Positions 1 to 7,612 of a stretch of 52,696 nucleotides of DNA are shown one piece after another. A program made the position numbers and the translations under genes. Source of the stretch: Candidatus Woesearchaeota archaeon (lineage in GTDB: Archaea > Nanobdellota > Nanobdellia > Pacearchaeales > GW2011-AR1); NCBI GenBank assembly GCA_964598635.1, contig CAZRCO010000001.1:1-52696 (forward strand), given 5' to 3'. Within the stretch, counting starts at the first letter, position 1. Each line of letters starts with the position of its first letter. The notes beneath the pieces were generated by a model. It was not told where the DNA came from. It did not search any database and saw nothing but the letters and a program-made list of their open reading frames with translations.

Positions 1-1600
1 CAACATCTAAGGTAGCAGGAACTCCTGCTGAAACATCAAAAGTTGTTTTTTGACCTGGACCAATAACAACTGTTGGGGGGGGAGTTGGAGGGGTTGGAGG
101 AGTTGTGGAAGTACCTATTGTAAAACTAACACTTGTTGTATCATTTCTGTTTCCCGCCATATCACTACAATATGCATTTACTACATAATTACCATCTGGA
201 AGAGAGGTTTCAGTGCTGCTAAAGAAAGAAATATCAGCACGATAATAACTAAAAGTTTTATTTGTTTGTCCGCCGTCAAGACTATACTCACAATAACCCT
301 GCTCATTTAATATTATATATATAAAAACGTTCCCAGGCACAGAACTATCCGGAGATGCGACTAAGAACACTGCTGGTGGCGTCAAATCGGTTATATTAAA
401 TAAACTAAGATTTGAAGCATTTACCTGATAGAAATTAAAGTTTCCATTCCCAAAATATATATAGCCTTTTGCATATGCTGAAGAATAAGCCTCTCCTCCA
501 ATATATAAAGTTCCAATCAATTGGGAAACGTTTGAAGCGTTTAATTGATATATATAAGTATCTGAAGCTCCAACATATACAGACTCTCCAACAACTGTCG
601 GAGAATTTAAAGCATAACCCCCAAGAGTATAATTTGCGATTTGTTGGGAAATGTTTGAAGCGTTTAATTGATAGAAATAATAAGGAGAAGACCCCGCACC
701 CCCACCAATATAAACATAACCATTGGCAATTGCTGGAACCATATAACCAAATTGAGTCCCTAATGAAAAATTAGCAATTTGTTGGGAGATATTTGAAGTA
801 TTTAATTGAAACATATAACCTTGATGTGAAGCTACTTTATTTGAAATATAAAGAGAACCATTATAAACTGCCGAGGGAATGTCAAAGGCATCAGTCCCAT
901 ATGTAAAATTAACACTTAAATCTGAATTGGAAACGTTTGAGGCGTTTAATCGATAGACTCCAAAAGCACCAACAGGACCACCACCAACGTAAAGATATCC
1001 ATTGGCAATTGAAAGAGAATTGGCTGGAATTGTATAATTTGCGATTTGCTGAGAAACATTTGAAGCATTTAACTGGAACAAATAACCAACACTTTCAAAC
1101 GGACCTCCAATATAAGCATAACCATTGGCAATTACCGGGTCTGAGGTAAAACTAGTGCTTAATGTAAAATTAGCAATTTGTTGAGAAACATTTGAAGCGT
1201 TTAATTGATAAAAAGTTGAACCACTATCAAAATAAACATAACCATAAGCAACTGCTGGAGAATCAGGATACCCCGCACTAATTGAATAATTTGCAATTTG
1301 TTGAAAAACGTTTGAAGCGTTTAATTGATAAAAAGTACGAGTACCATCGCCAGTGTAAACATATCCATTAGCAATTGCTGGAGAATACCAGCCGATATAA
1401 TCAGTTGATGCAAAGATTGAATAATTCATTCCAGAAATAAGCGGAAAATCAGTCCCATCATATGCTGTGTGATTCAGATATTTTCCCCACATCCACCATT
1501 CTGTAGCATTTTCTGAGTTTTCTGCTTTAACTAAGAAGCTTAATAGAATAATTAAAATAAGTGCAAAAAATAATAATCCTTTCTTTTGTCCTCTTTTCAT
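1..1600 (-). CDS. Secreted 8-bladed PQQ-like beta-propeller repeat protein with C-terminal Ig-like domain and Pro/Thr linker (3' end lies beyond the window)
   Basis: Absent from the ORF track because it has no in-window stop. I reverse-translated 1600 down to 2 codon by codon: ATG at 1600-1598, MKRGQKKGLLFFALILIILLSFLVKAENSENATEWWMWGKY..., 533 codons with no stop. The N-terminus looks like a signal peptide. Eight units end in [FY]YQLNASN[VI]SQQIANY[ST]. The tail reads ...CEYSLDGGQTNKTF...NAYCSDMAGNRNDTTSVSFTIGTSTTPPTPPTPPPTVV. Confidence 0.75.
   Translation of the reverse strand, partial: MKRGQKKGLLFFALILIILLSFLVKAENSENATEWWMWGKYLNHTAYDGTDFPLISGMNYSIFASTDYIGWYSPAIANGYVYTGDGTRTFYQLNASNVFQQIANYSISAGYPDSPAVAYGYVYFDSGSTFYQLNASNVSQQIANFTLSTSFTSDPVIANGYAYIGGPFESVGYLFQLNASNVSQQIANYTIPANSLSIANGYLYVGGGPVGAFGVYRLNASNVSNSDLSVNFTYGTDAFDIPSAVYNGSLYISNKVASHQGYMFQLNTSNISQQIANFSLGTQFGYMVPAIANGYVYIGGGAGSSPYYFYQLNASNISQQIANYTLGGYALNSPTVVGESVYVGASDTYIYQLNASNVSQLIGTLYIGGEAYSSAYAKGYIYFGNGNFNFYQVNASNLSLFNITDLTPPAVFLVASPDSSVPGNVFIYIILNEQGYCEYSLDGGQTNKTFSYYRADISFFSSTETSLPDGNYVVNAYCSDMAGNRNDTTSVSFTIGTSTTPPTPPTPPPTVVIGPGQKTTFDVSAGVPATLDV
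400..1400 (-). repeat. In-frame tandem coding repeats (roughly 135-150 nt period) that encode the propeller blades
   Basis: The + strand string aaacgtttgaagcgtttaattgata and close variants recur near 527, 650, 930, 1186 and 1306. This is the reverse complement of the YQLNASNV codons. Confidence 0.8.
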
Positions 1601-1687
1601 AAACTTATATAGAAATCTTATTTAAAAATATTTCTACTCCAAATTTTTCTTATAGTTATATAATTATAATAATTACACTTTATACAA

Positions 1688-3991
1688 TTATCCCAAATAA
1701 CTGCCTGCAGTAGGTACTGCTGCTTTTGTGGTTTTTAAGAAATCTTCTTCAATCCTTTTATATACTTCAAGTGTTGATTTTGTAACACTTGGCCTAACTT
1801 TCTGCAAAGCTTCTTCAAAATGTTTTTTCTTAACTTCCTTAGCATCAGGAGATTCCCTTAATGCAAGCATTCCCGCTTCTCTGGCTAATGATTCTAAGTC
1901 TGCTCCTGTATACCCTGCTGTTTTCTTAGCAAGTTCTTTAACATTAACATTTCTTGCTAATGGCATTTTTTGTGTATGAATTCTTAATATATTCTCTCTT
2001 CCTTCTTCAGTAGGAGCATCTACAAGTAAAATTTTATCAAATCTGCCAGGTCTTAATATAGCCGGATCAATCATATCTGGCCTGTTTGTTGCCGCAATAA
2101 CAATAACATCATTCAAATCTTCCAAACCATCCATCTCTGCAAGCATTTGATTTAAAACACGCTCTGTAACTCTTGTTCCTGCTTCCACCCCTCTTCTGCC
2201 TGCAAGAGCATCTATCTCATCAAAGAAAATAATACATGGTGCAACCTGTCTTGCTCTTTCAAATATTTTTCTCATACCTTCTTCAGATTTACCAACCCAC
2301 ATACTTAATAATGATGGCCCTTTAACCTGAATAAAATTTGCTTCGGATTCTTTTGCAACAGCTTTTGCAAGCAAAGTTTTTCCTGTTCCCGGAGGACCGT
2401 AAAGCAAAATACCTTTAGGAGGCCTAATTCCCATTCTCTCGAAACTTTCGGGATACTTTATTGGCCATTCTACCATCTCCCTTAATTCTCTTTTAACACT
2501 TTCTAATCCTCCAACATTTTCCCAGCTAACATTTGGAGTCTCAACCAAAACTTCTCTCATAGCACTTGGACGGACGGTTTTCAAAGCTTCCAAGAAATCA
2601 TCCTGTCGGATTATCATTTTTTCCAATATTTCCTGTGGGATTTGTTCTTCTTCATCTAATTTGAGATTTGGTAAATGTTTCCTTAAAACATTCATAGCTG
2701 CTTCTTTTGTTAAAGCTTCCAAATCTGCCCCAACAAAACCATGGGTTATACTTGCCATTTCTTCTAAATTAACATTTCTTGCCAAAGGCATTCCTCTTGT
2801 ATGAATCTTCAAAATTGAAAGTCTTCCTTTTTTGTCCGGAACATTTATTGGTATCTCCCTATCAAATCGTCCTGGACGCCTTAAAGCAGGGTCAATTGCA
2901 TTAACCCTATTTGTAGCACCAATAACTATAACTTTACCTCTTGATTTCATACCATCCATCATTGTCAAAATCTGACTTACAACTCTCCGCTCTACTTCTC
3001 CAACAGTCTCTTCTCTTTTTGGAGCTATTGCATCTATTTCATCGATAAAGATTATTGCAGGAGAGGTTTTTTCAGCCTCATCAAAAATATCCCTAATCTT
3101 TTTTTCAGATTCTCCATAAAATTTAGACATAATTTCTGGTCCATTTAACAAAATGAAATTAGCATCAGATTCATTAGCAACAGCCTTAGCAAGCAAAGTT
3201 TTTCCTGTTCCAGGCGGTCCGTGAAGTAAAACTCCTTTGGGGGGCTCTATTCCCAATCTCTGGAAAATTTCCGGTCTTTTCAAAGGAATCTCAACCATTT
3301 CTCTTATCTTTTTGATTTCTTCTGTTAAACCCCCAATGTCTTCATAATTAATCTCCGGAACTTTTTCATCACTAACCTCTACAGCTTTGGGGCTTAATGT
3401 AACTTCGGTATTTTCAGTAATAACAACCGGCTGGCTTGGATTTGTAGAAACAACCAAAAATCTTATTTGAGTAATCCCTCCTCCAAGATTTCCAAATCCC
3501 ATTCCGCTGAATATATCATTTAGATTTCCGAAAATTTCATCCATATTTCCAAATTCATCTGAAATTAAATCTCTTCTTCTCTGAACACCCCCAAGAACAA
3601 CAACATCCCCTTTAACAACTGTCCTTCCCAATAAACCCTTTCTCAAATTGTCAGGATCTCCTTGAACCATTATTCCTTTTTGGGCAGGAGCAATCATTAT
3701 TTTTCTTGCTTCTTTTACTTCTGCCTTGGATACAGAAACAACATCACCAATACCTGTTTTAGCATTTCTTCTGAGTATTCCGTCAATTCTAATAATTCCT
3801 TCTCCAACATCTGCAGGGTAAGCTCTGTCAACAATTGCAACTGTTTCCCTGTTTCCTTTTATCAGAAGGACATCTCCTCTTCTCACTCCTAACTCTCTCA
3901 TAATCTCTCCGTCAATTCTTGCAATTCCTTTGTAAGCATCATCCTGCTGTGCTTCCACAACCTTTAATTTAACTTCTTTTTCTTTAGCCAT
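1688..3991 (-). CDS. cdc48: Cdc48/VCP-like AAA+ ATPase (two AAA domains)
   Basis: 767 aa. N-domain ([11 protein letters not shown]...), two Walker A motifs [15 protein letters not shown], two Walker B motifs (IIFIDEIDA and IIFFDEIDA), and second-region-of-homology arginines ([10 protein letters not shown] and [10 protein letters not shown]). Confidence 0.95.
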   Translation of the reverse strand: MAKEKEVKLKVVEAQQDDAYKGIARIDGEIMRELGVRRGDVLLIKGNRETVAIVDRAYPADVGEGIIRIDGILRRNAKTGIGDVVSVSKAEVKEARKIMIAPAQKGIMVQGDPDNLRKGLLGRTVVKGDVVVLGGVQRRRDLISDEFGNMDEIFGNLNDIFSGMGFGNLGGGITQIRFLVVSTNPSQPVVITENTEVTLSPKAVEVSDEKVPEINYEDIGGLTEEIKKIREMVEIPLKRPEIFQRLGIEPPKGVLLHGPPGTGKTLLAKAVANESDANFILLNGPEIMSKFYGESEKKIRDIFDEAEKTSPAIIFIDEIDAIAPKREETVGEVERRVVSQILTMMDGMKSRGKVIVIGATNRVNAIDPALRRPGRFDREIPINVPDKKGRLSILKIHTRGMPLARNVNLEEMASITHGFVGADLEALTKEAAMNVLRKHLPNLKLDEEEQIPQEILEKMIIRQDDFLEALKTVRPSAMREVLVETPNVSWENVGGLESVKRELREMVEWPIKYPESFERMGIRPPKGILLYGPPGTGKTLLAKAVAKESEANFIQVKGPSLLSMWVGKSEEGMRKIFERARQVAPCIIFFDEIDALAGRRGVEAGTRVTERVLNQMLAEMDGLEDLNDVIVIAATNRPDMIDPAILRPGRFDKILLVDAPTEEGRENILRIHTQKMPLARNVNVKELAKKTAGYTGADLESLAREAGMLALRESPDAKEVKKKHFEEALQKVRPSVTKSTLEVYKRIEEDFLKTTKAAVPTAGSYLG

Positions 3992-4346
3992 TTTTTTCCT
4001 TTCCTTTTAACTCAGTAAAACTTAAACTTAACTTTCCAAAATCTTCAAAGCATAATCTTACTATGTTATCCATAATTTTCTCCTGTTCTCTAATAAAAGA
4101 AACAATTTCTTTTGGAATTGAAACAGCGTAACTATTTCCTACCAACCTCATCTTTACATGAAATTCTTTGTTCTTAAGATTTATGAATTTATCATATTCT
4201 TGCTTATCAATCGGATGAATTATCCTTTCCCCACACTTGGGGCAAACAACAGCCCGGAAAATAAAACCATTCTTGACTATTTTTGTTTTTTGCATTGCTG
4301 TGTTGCATTTTTTACAAAGTATCTTGTTATCAAATATATCAGCCAT
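3984..4346 (-). CDS. Zinc-ribbon plus AbrB/SpoVT/MazE-like DNA-binding domain protein
   Basis: CKKC...(17 aa)...CPKC zinc ribbon, followed by MRLVGNSYAVSIPKEIVSF, a typical AbrB/SpoVT swapped-hairpin motif. Its 3' end overlaps the cdc48 start by 8 nt. Confidence 0.6.
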   Translation of the reverse strand: MADIFDNKILCKKCNTAMQKTKIVKNGFIFRAVVCPKCGERIIHPIDKQEYDKFINLKNKEFHVKMRLVGNSYAVSIPKEIVSFIREQEKIMDNIVRLCFEDFGKLSLSFTELKGKEKNG

Positions 4347-4451
4347 TTTGTATATATCTTATTGTATACACAGGTAATAAACACTTTTTAAATATTTCGT
4401 TATCAAGTTTATAAAACAAAACTTTATAAATCAATTATAATCTAAAATCAA

Positions 4452-4913
4452 ATGGGCAAAAGAATAATGATATTCTCTCCTTATATAAAAGATCAAAATG
4501 GAATAGAAGAAGTACTAAGGGACTATCTACAAGAAAATCTTAGAAGATATTACAAGGGGATAGAGATTCAAAGATTCTCAGACATAAAAGACTCTATTAA
4601 CAGCGAAAGTAAAATTGGCATGGGTGGAGAAGTCTTAGTAATTTTTGACCGAAAATTATCCCAGATACGTAAAAAACCATCTGAATGGACTATGAATGAA
4701 CGGATATATTATGGGGGATTAAAACAATTATTTGAACTTTCTACTAAAATTTGTGATGAAAGAGAAATTCCTTATTTTAAATATGAAGGAGAAATGGAGA
4801 AGGATTCTGTTATTGAATTGAGAGAAAAAATAGCAGAGATGAAAGAAAGAATATTACAAAAATTAAATCAAGAAGAAAAAGGGCTTGAATCTTGCCTAAA
4901 GGAAGGACACTAA
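4452..4913 (+). CDS. Hypothetical protein
   Basis: 153-aa ORF with no overlap on a supported gene. I recognised no motif. Confidence 0.45.
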   Translation: MGKRIMIFSPYIKDQNGIEEVLRDYLQENLRRYYKGIEIQRFSDIKDSINSESKIGMGGEVLVIFDRKLSQIRKKPSEWTMNERIYYGGLKQLFELSTKICDEREIPYFKYEGEMEKDSVIELREKIAEMKERILQKLNQEEKGLESCLKEGH

Positions 4914-4950
4914 TAAAACATTTTAAAAACTTCTCTGATTAAATATTTTT

Positions 4951-5589
4951 ATGAATTTAAAAGAGGTTGATAAAAAGGTTAAGAATTTTTTAAAAAAATT
5001 CTGGTATTTGCTTTGGAAAGATAACTCATTAAAAGGATGGATTTTTTCAATTTTATTCATATTTATTTTTATCAAATTTATTTTTTTTCCTGGCTTAAGT
5101 TTAATAACAGGAACTTCTCTTCCACTGGCAATTGTTGAATCATGCAGCATGTATCACCAAGGAAATATTTTTTCAAATTACGATTTGTGGTGGGAAAGAC
5201 ACGATGAAAAATATTCTGAACTAAATATAAGCAAGCAGGGATTTGAGCATTTTAGATTTAAGAATGGTTTTAACAAGGGTGACATATTATTTGTTATTGG
5301 AACAAAACCCGAAAAACTGAAAATTGGTGATGTGATAATTTTCAATGCAAATCAGCAGAATCCTGTAATTCATAGAATAATAGACATAAAACAAAACAAT
5401 GGGGGATATATTTTCTCAACTATTGGAGATAATAATAATGGACAGTTATTTTTTGAACAAAATATTCAGGAAGATCAGATAGTTGGAAAATCTGTTTTCA
5501 GGTTAGTCCCTTATCTTGGGTGGGTAAAACTTGTCTTTTTTGAAACACAAAAACCAGTTTCTGAAAGAGGTTTTTGCAGGGAAAATTAA
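4951..5589 (+). CDS. Signal peptidase I, archaeal/Sec11 type (S26B)
   Basis: N-terminal TM segment. Catalytic-Ser box VESCSMYH, GDILFV and GDVIIF, His box PVIHRII, and the TIGDNNNGQ box typical of Sec11-type enzymes. Confidence 0.8.
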   Translation: MNLKEVDKKVKNFLKKFWYLLWKDNSLKGWIFSILFIFIFIKFIFFPGLSLITGTSLPLAIVESCSMYHQGNIFSNYDLWWERHDEKYSELNISKQGFEHFRFKNGFNKGDILFVIGTKPEKLKIGDVIIFNANQQNPVIHRIIDIKQNNGGYIFSTIGDNNNGQLFFEQNIQEDQIVGKSVFRLVPYLGWVKLVFFETQKPVSERGFCREN

Positions 5590-5661
5590 GAATTCTTTTT
5601 AGAAATTTAAAAACAAAACCTTTTTAAATAATCCCTCCAAGAAATAAAAGATAGTTTTAGT

Positions 5662-5669
5662 GGAGGTGA
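5662..5669 (+). promoter_or_regulatory. Shine-Dalgarno-like site for tfs
   Basis: GGAGGTGA lies 6 nt upstream of the ATG at 5676 and is complementary to the canonical 16S 3' end. Confidence 0.55.
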
Positions 5670-5675
5670 AAAACA

Positions 5676-5990
5676 ATGGAATTTTGTCCGAGATGTGGTG
5701 CAGTTCTAGTTCAGAAAAGAAAAAATTATAGTTGTCCTAGATGTAATTATTCTACAAAAGAAAAAATAAAATTAACAACTTCTGAAAAAGTAGAAGATAA
5801 AAAAGAAATAGCAATAGTCTTAGAGAAAGATACACAGGTTCTGCCTGTAACAAATGCTGTATGCAAAAAGTGTGGCAATAAAGAAGCATACTTCTGGACT
5901 GTTCAAACCCGTTCCGGAGATGAAGCAGAAACAAAGTTCTTTAAATGCACAAACCCCAAATGTGAGCACACATGGAGAGAATATAGGTAA
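5676..5990 (+). CDS. tfs: Transcription factor S (TFS, RNAP subunit M-like cleavage factor)
   Basis: N-terminal zinc ribbon CPRCG...CPRC. C-terminal ribbon CKKCGNKEAYFWTVQTRSGDEAETKFFKCTNPKCEHTW, containing the acidic TRSGDE hairpin. Confidence 0.9.
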   Translation: MEFCPRCGAVLVQKRKNYSCPRCNYSTKEKIKLTTSEKVEDKKEIAIVLEKDTQVLPVTNAVCKKCGNKEAYFWTVQTRSGDEAETKFFKCTNPKCEHTWREYR

Positions 5991-6012
5991 ATCGCTGAAT
6001 ATCTGTAAAAGC

Positions 6013-6022
6013 TTTTAAATAA
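6013..6022 (+). promoter_or_regulatory. TATA-box-like element for tRNA-Lys
   Basis: TTTTAAATAA is centred about 25 nt upstream of the tRNA 5' end (6043) and is preceded by the purine-rich GTAAAAGC (BRE-like). Confidence 0.45.
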
Positions 6023-6042
6023 TTATTTCTTTACAAAATCAT

Positions 6043-6148
6043 GGCTCTGTAGCTCAGTTTGGTTAGAGCACTGGACTCTTAAACTTTAAGGTTATCTCGG
6101 GGTGATGGAGATATCCAGGTGTCGGGGGTTCAAATCCCTCCAGGGCCA
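6043..6148 (+). tRNA. tRNA-Lys(CUU) with a 31-nt intron at the canonical 37/38 position (about 6082..6112)
   Basis: Acceptor GGCTCTG/CAGGGCC, D arm GCTC-AGTTTGGTTA-GAGC, anticodon stem CTGGA/TCCAG with loop C-T-CTT-A-[intron]-A, T arm GGGGG-TTCAAAT-CCCTC. The mature length is 75 nt including the discriminator. Confidence 0.85.
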
Positions 6149-6149
6149 C

Positions 6150-6154
6150 TTTTT
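6150..6154 (+). terminator. Oligo-T tract after tRNA-Lys
   Basis: TTTTT begins 2 nt after the discriminator base. Archaeal RNAP terminates at T-runs. Confidence 0.35.
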
Positions 6155-6159
6155 GAAAG

Positions 6160-6330
6160 ATGAAGAGAAAAAAGCGAGAAGCAATAATGTGGGTTATGGT
6201 ATGGAGTATAATAACTCTTATACCATTTTTAACTTGGAAATATTTTGGTTTTGTATGGATAATTTTACCTTTTTCTGGATTTATTCTGATTAAATTAATA
6301 ATAGGAATAATTAGAGGAGATTATAACTAA
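6160..6330 (+). CDS. Small hydrophobic protein (56 aa, about two TM segments)
   Basis: Translated by hand: MKRKKREAIMWVMVWSIITLIPFLTWKYFGFVWIILPFSGFILIKLIIGIIRGDYN*. It is shorter than the ORFs listed in the track. The listed ORF 6102..6293 overlaps the tRNA and is in another frame. Confidence 0.3.
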   Translation: MKRKKREAIMWVMVWSIITLIPFLTWKYFGFVWIILPFSGFILIKLIIGIIRGDYN

Positions 6331-6358
6331 TTCATTTCTTTTTAAAAATCTTAACAGC

Positions 6359-6592
6359 CTAAACCTCTTCAAGAATTGATTGTATCACCCACTTTTTGCT
6401 TTTCCTAAGCTTTCCGACAACAGCTTTTCCCTTTTTCTTTCCCTTATATTCAGTGTGACTTAAAGGAACAGTTCTGAAACTGGATTTTATAAACAAACCA
6501 GGAGATTTCTGACGCCATCTTTTGTATTTCTTTGTTTTTCTTGGATATTGCCCTTGCTTTCTAAATTCTACTATTTGTTTTTTTGTTGGCAT
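6359..6592 (-). CDS. Small, very basic hypothetical protein (77 aa)
   Basis: The ATG at 6592 (MPTKKQIVEFRKQGQYPRKTKKYKRWRQK...) lies 1 nt after the stop of the upstream ORF. The track start at 6619 is a TTG that overlaps the neighbouring ORF. Confidence 0.4.
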   Translation of the reverse strand: MPTKKQIVEFRKQGQYPRKTKKYKRWRQKSPGLFIKSSFRTVPLSHTEYKGKKKGKAVVGKLRKSKKWVIQSILEEV

Positions 6593-6593
6593 T

Positions 6594-6791
6594 TTATCTT
6601 CTATGCTTAAAAAATTCAATAGCTCTGAATCTTTTCAAAACTTTATTATAACCTGATTTTTCAACAAGAACTTTTGTCTTGGCTTCATTAAGCAAACGAA
6701 AATCATAATCTCTTACAGAACCCTTTATTTTATCTTTCCCAGGATACTTTTTCCACTTTCCTCCTTTTTTTGATTTATACTGCATCACCAT
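6594..6791 (-). CDS. Small, very basic hypothetical protein (65 aa)
   Basis: MVMQYKSKKGGKWKKYPGKDKIKG... Sits in tandem with the next small basic ORF. Confidence 0.4.
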   Translation of the reverse strand: MVMQYKSKKGGKWKKYPGKDKIKGSVRDYDFRLLNEAKTKVLVEKSGYNKVLKRFRAIEFFKHRR

Positions 6792-6841
6792 CTAATAAAT
6801 AAGAAAAAACAGACTTATAAAATTTATCTAAAAAATAATAA

Positions 6842-7612
6842 TTATTTCAAATCTTTAATCATCCCAAAATCATAAACTTTTTCATCATCTCCAAAAACAA
6901 AAACTTTGAATTTTAATAATGATTTTCTTGGTATTATTGAAAAATGATTTTCGTATTCTTCAATATAGTCGTTAACATTTATCCCCTCAACTATTTCAAA
7001 AAAGCTTGGAAGAATAACAATCTTCTTCCCCCTAAAATTTCCAATTAAAAAGCATTTGAACTTCTCTCTTTTTGCTCCCTTTTTTTCTGATAAAATAACA
7101 GAAGGATGTATGTGGGCCATTATAATAATACTAACTTTTTTGTCAAAAATCTCTTTAAAGGACTTATGTCCGTGAACAAAAACTATATTATTTTTTATAT
7201 AATAATTTTCCATCTTTTTTCCGCAGAAATCAAAAGTATCATGATTACCTTTTATAAGAATTATATTTTCCTCATTAACATACTTTTCGAGAAATTTGAG
7301 AATATTTTTGAAAATATATTTTTCTTCTTTCTCATATCCAAAAAAATGTTTTATATCTCCTAAAAAAACAATTTCTCTTAATTTAAACCCTTTTTTATTT
7401 ATATTTGAAATAATTCTCTTTAAATTCTCTTTTATATCTTTCAGCATAAATTCAGGAACCAAAATACCTAATTCCCTTAACATTTGTTCATATCCTAAAT
7501 GTAAGTCTCCAATAGCCAAAATTCCATGCTTAGGGAAAAAAACAGTTTTGTCTATGAAAATAAATTCCTTTTGCTTTTTCTTTTCCCCCTTGTATTGTTT
7601 TTCTAATCCCAT
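6842..7612 (-). CDS. Calcineurin-like metallophosphoesterase (MPE), Lhr-associated type
   Basis: Motifs GDLHLG, FLGDIKH, GNHD, HGH and AHIHP. Overlaps the 3' end of the upstream Lhr gene by 10 nt. Confidence 0.8.
   Translation of the reverse strand: MGLEKQYKGEKKKQKEFIFIDKTVFFPKHGILAIGDLHLGYEQMLRELGILVPEFMLKDIKENLKRIISNINKKGFKLREIVFLGDIKHFFGYEKEEKYIFKNILKFLEKYVNEENIILIKGNHDTFDFCGKKMENYYIKNNIVFVHGHKSFKEIFDKKVSIIIMAHIHPSVILSEKKGAKREKFKCFLIGNFRGKKIVILPSFFEIVEGINVNDYIEEYENHFSIIPRKSLLKFKVFVFGDDEKVYDFGMIKDLK

Noticed and set aside
50-1149. Track ORFs 50..310, 469..774 and 937..1149 on the + strand
   Set aside because: They are antisense shadows of the uninterrupted 533-codon minus-strand gene (1..1600). 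At least the first uses a non-ATG start (TTG), and the sequences are low-complexity with no motifs.
400-1400. Regularly spaced DNA repeats that could be mistaken for a CRISPR-like array or satellite
   Set aside because: The repeats are in frame within a continuous ORF. They are imperfect with a variable period of about 135-150 nt, and they correspond to protein blades. Nothing resembles a short perfect repeat-spacer architecture.
6102-6293. 63-aa + strand ORF from the track
   Set aside because: Its 5' part lies inside tRNA-Lys. A different frame (6160..6330) gives a more plausible small membrane protein.
6359-6791. Interpreting the two overlapping track ORFs (6359..6619 and 6594..6791) as a frameshifted pseudogene or a programmed frameshift
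   Set aside because: The apparent overlap comes from a TTG start call. A clean ATG at 6592 lies 1 nt after the upstream stop, so two tandem small genes is the simpler reading. No slippery heptamer is evident.
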